From Mobula hypostoma (taxonomy: Eukaryota), in the NCBI RefSeq assembly GCF_963921235.1, contig NC_086097.1:88724001-88788000 (forward strand): 64,000 bases of DNA, written 5' to 3'. Below the pieces are notes generated by a model. It had not been told where the DNA came from and did no database searches. It worked only from the letters and a program-made list of their open reading frames with translations. This document shows, piece after piece, positions 62,325 through 64,000 of this stretch. The position numbers were made by a program, and so were the translations under genes. The first letter of the stretch is position 1; every line of letters starts with the position of its first letter.

Positions 62325-64000
62325 AAGATGCTGGAAATCAAAGTAATGCTCACAAAATGCTGGAGGAACTTGGCAAGCCAGGCAGCATCTATGGAAAAGA
62401 TAAACATTTGACGTTTTGGTCTGAGACCCTTCATCAGGACTGAGAAAAAGAGATGAGGTCAGAGTAAGAAAGTGGGGGGAGGGGAGGAAGGTACTTCTTT
62501 AAGATGATAGGTGAAACCGGGAGGGGGGGTAGTGAAGTGAAGAGCTTGGAAGTTGATTGGTGAAAAAGGTAAAGGCTTGGAGGAGGGAGAATCTGATAGG
62601 AGAGGACAGAAGGCCATCCAAGAAAGGGAAAGGGGGAGGAGCACCGGAGGGAGGTGATGGGCAGACAAGGAGATAAGGTGAGAGAGGGCAAAGGGAATGG
62701 GGAATGGTGAAAGAAAAGGGAGGAGGGAAATTACTGGAAATTTGAGAAATCAGTTTTCATGCCATCAGGTTGGAGGCTACCCAGACAGAACATAAAGTGT
62801 TGCTTCTCCAGATTGAGTGTGGCCTTATCATGGCATAAAGAAGGCCATGGACTGACAAGTTTAACTGGTAATGGGAAGTAGAATTGAAATGGCTGACCCT
62901 GTTTTTTCTGGCTTGGAAAAGCAGTCTCCCCATCTATGTCGGGTCTCACCAATATACAGGAGGCCACACCAGGAGCACCAGATACCCCAAAATACACACA
63001 GCTGAAGTGTTGCCTCATCCGGAAGGACTGTTTGGAGCCCTGGACGGCAGTGAGGGAGGAGGTGTAGGGGCTGGCGTGGCACTTGCTCAGCTTGCAAGGA
63101 TAAGTACCAGGAGGGAAATCAGTGGGGAAGGACGTATGGACAAGGGAGTCACATAGGGATGGATCCTTGTAGAAAGCAGGAAGTGGAGGGAGGGAAAGAT
63201 GTGCGTGGTGGTGGGATCCCATTGGAGATGGTGGCTTACAGAAAATTATGTGCTGAACATTGAGGCTGGTGGGTGGACAAGAGGAACCCTATTCCTGGTG
63301 TGGCGGTGGGAGTATGGGATGAGGGCAGACATGCATGAAATAAAAGAGATGCGGGTGAAGGCATTGTTGAATGTGGAGGAAGGAAAGCCCCTTTCTTTGA
63401 AGAAGGAGGACATCTCCTTCGTTCTGGAATAAAAAGCCTCCTCCTGAGAGCAGATGTGGTGGAGGCAGAGGATCTGAGGGAAGGGACTGGCATTTTTACA
63501 AGAGACAGGGTGCGACAGGTAGCTGTGAGAATCAGTAGGTTTATAAAAGACATCAGTGGATTAACTGTCTCCAGAGATAGAGACACAGAACGAGAAAAGG
63601 GAGGGAGGTGTTAGAAATAGACCGGGTAAATTTGAGGGCAGGGTGGAAGTTGGAGGCAATGTGGATGAAATCGATGAGCTCAGCATGGGTGCAGGAAGCA
63701 GCACCAGTGTAGTCATTAGAGTAGCACAGGAAAAGTTGGGGAGTGACACCAGTGTAGGCTTAGAATATGGACTGTTCCACATAGCCGACAAAAAGGCAGG
63801 CAGAGCTGGGACCCATGCAAGTTCCCATGGCGACACCTTTTGTTTGAGGGAAGTGGGAGGAGCCAAAGGAGAAATTATTGAGAGCGAGGACAAGTTCCGC
63901 TTGATGGAGGAGAGTGATAGCAGAGGGGAACTGGTTGCATCAGGTGTCCAGAAAGAAGCGAAGACCTTTGAGGCTTCCTGATGGGGAATGGAGGTGTATA
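62325..64000 (-). mobile_element. Penelope-like element (RT + GIY-YIG, frameshifted), running off the window
   Basis: Minus strand KGVAMGTCMGPS.ACLFVGYVE (RT), SNFHPALKFT, WCSWCGLLYIGETRHRWGD (GIY-YIG), and C-terminus LGSLQPDGMKTDFSNFQ* at 62731. Confidence 0.92.
62405..62442 (-). ncRNA. Hammerhead-like motif, core mutated
   Basis: Minus strand: cagtc-CTGATGA-A-GGGT-ctca-GACC-AAAA-cg-TC-aaatg. Confidence 0.5.

Overview
Repeat-rich vertebrate genomic DNA, most likely a cartilaginous fish (ray or shark); this is inferred from the CR1, Penelope and V-SINE-type repeat content. The only host gene I can support is the 3' end of RGS6 on the + strand. It has four coding exons (5018-5204, 15790-15879, 17340-17393, 26495-26545), all with canonical AG/GT junctions and a continuous reading frame. 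The rest is mostly transposable elements: CR1, RTE, Rex1/Babar and L1 LINEs, Penelope-like elements (PLEs), tRNA-derived SINEs, solo LTRs, a decayed Ty3/Gypsy provirus, Tc1/Tigger and hAT DNA transposons, and a 39-nt minisatellite. Highlights: (1) dispersed minimal type-I hammerhead-ribozyme motifs on PLE termini, including a same-strand pair 884 nt apart just downstream of the RGS6 stop; (2) a twin-primed L1 with a 16-bp TSD and a perfect 13-bp hairpin at its inversion junction, plus a similarly inverted RTE; (3) a Gypsy > Tigger > hAT-MITE nest with recoverable TSDs; (4) two near-identical CR1 copies forming a ~1.4-kb inverted repeat. No database search was possible, so family names rest on motif recognition, and boundaries of degenerate repeats are approximate.
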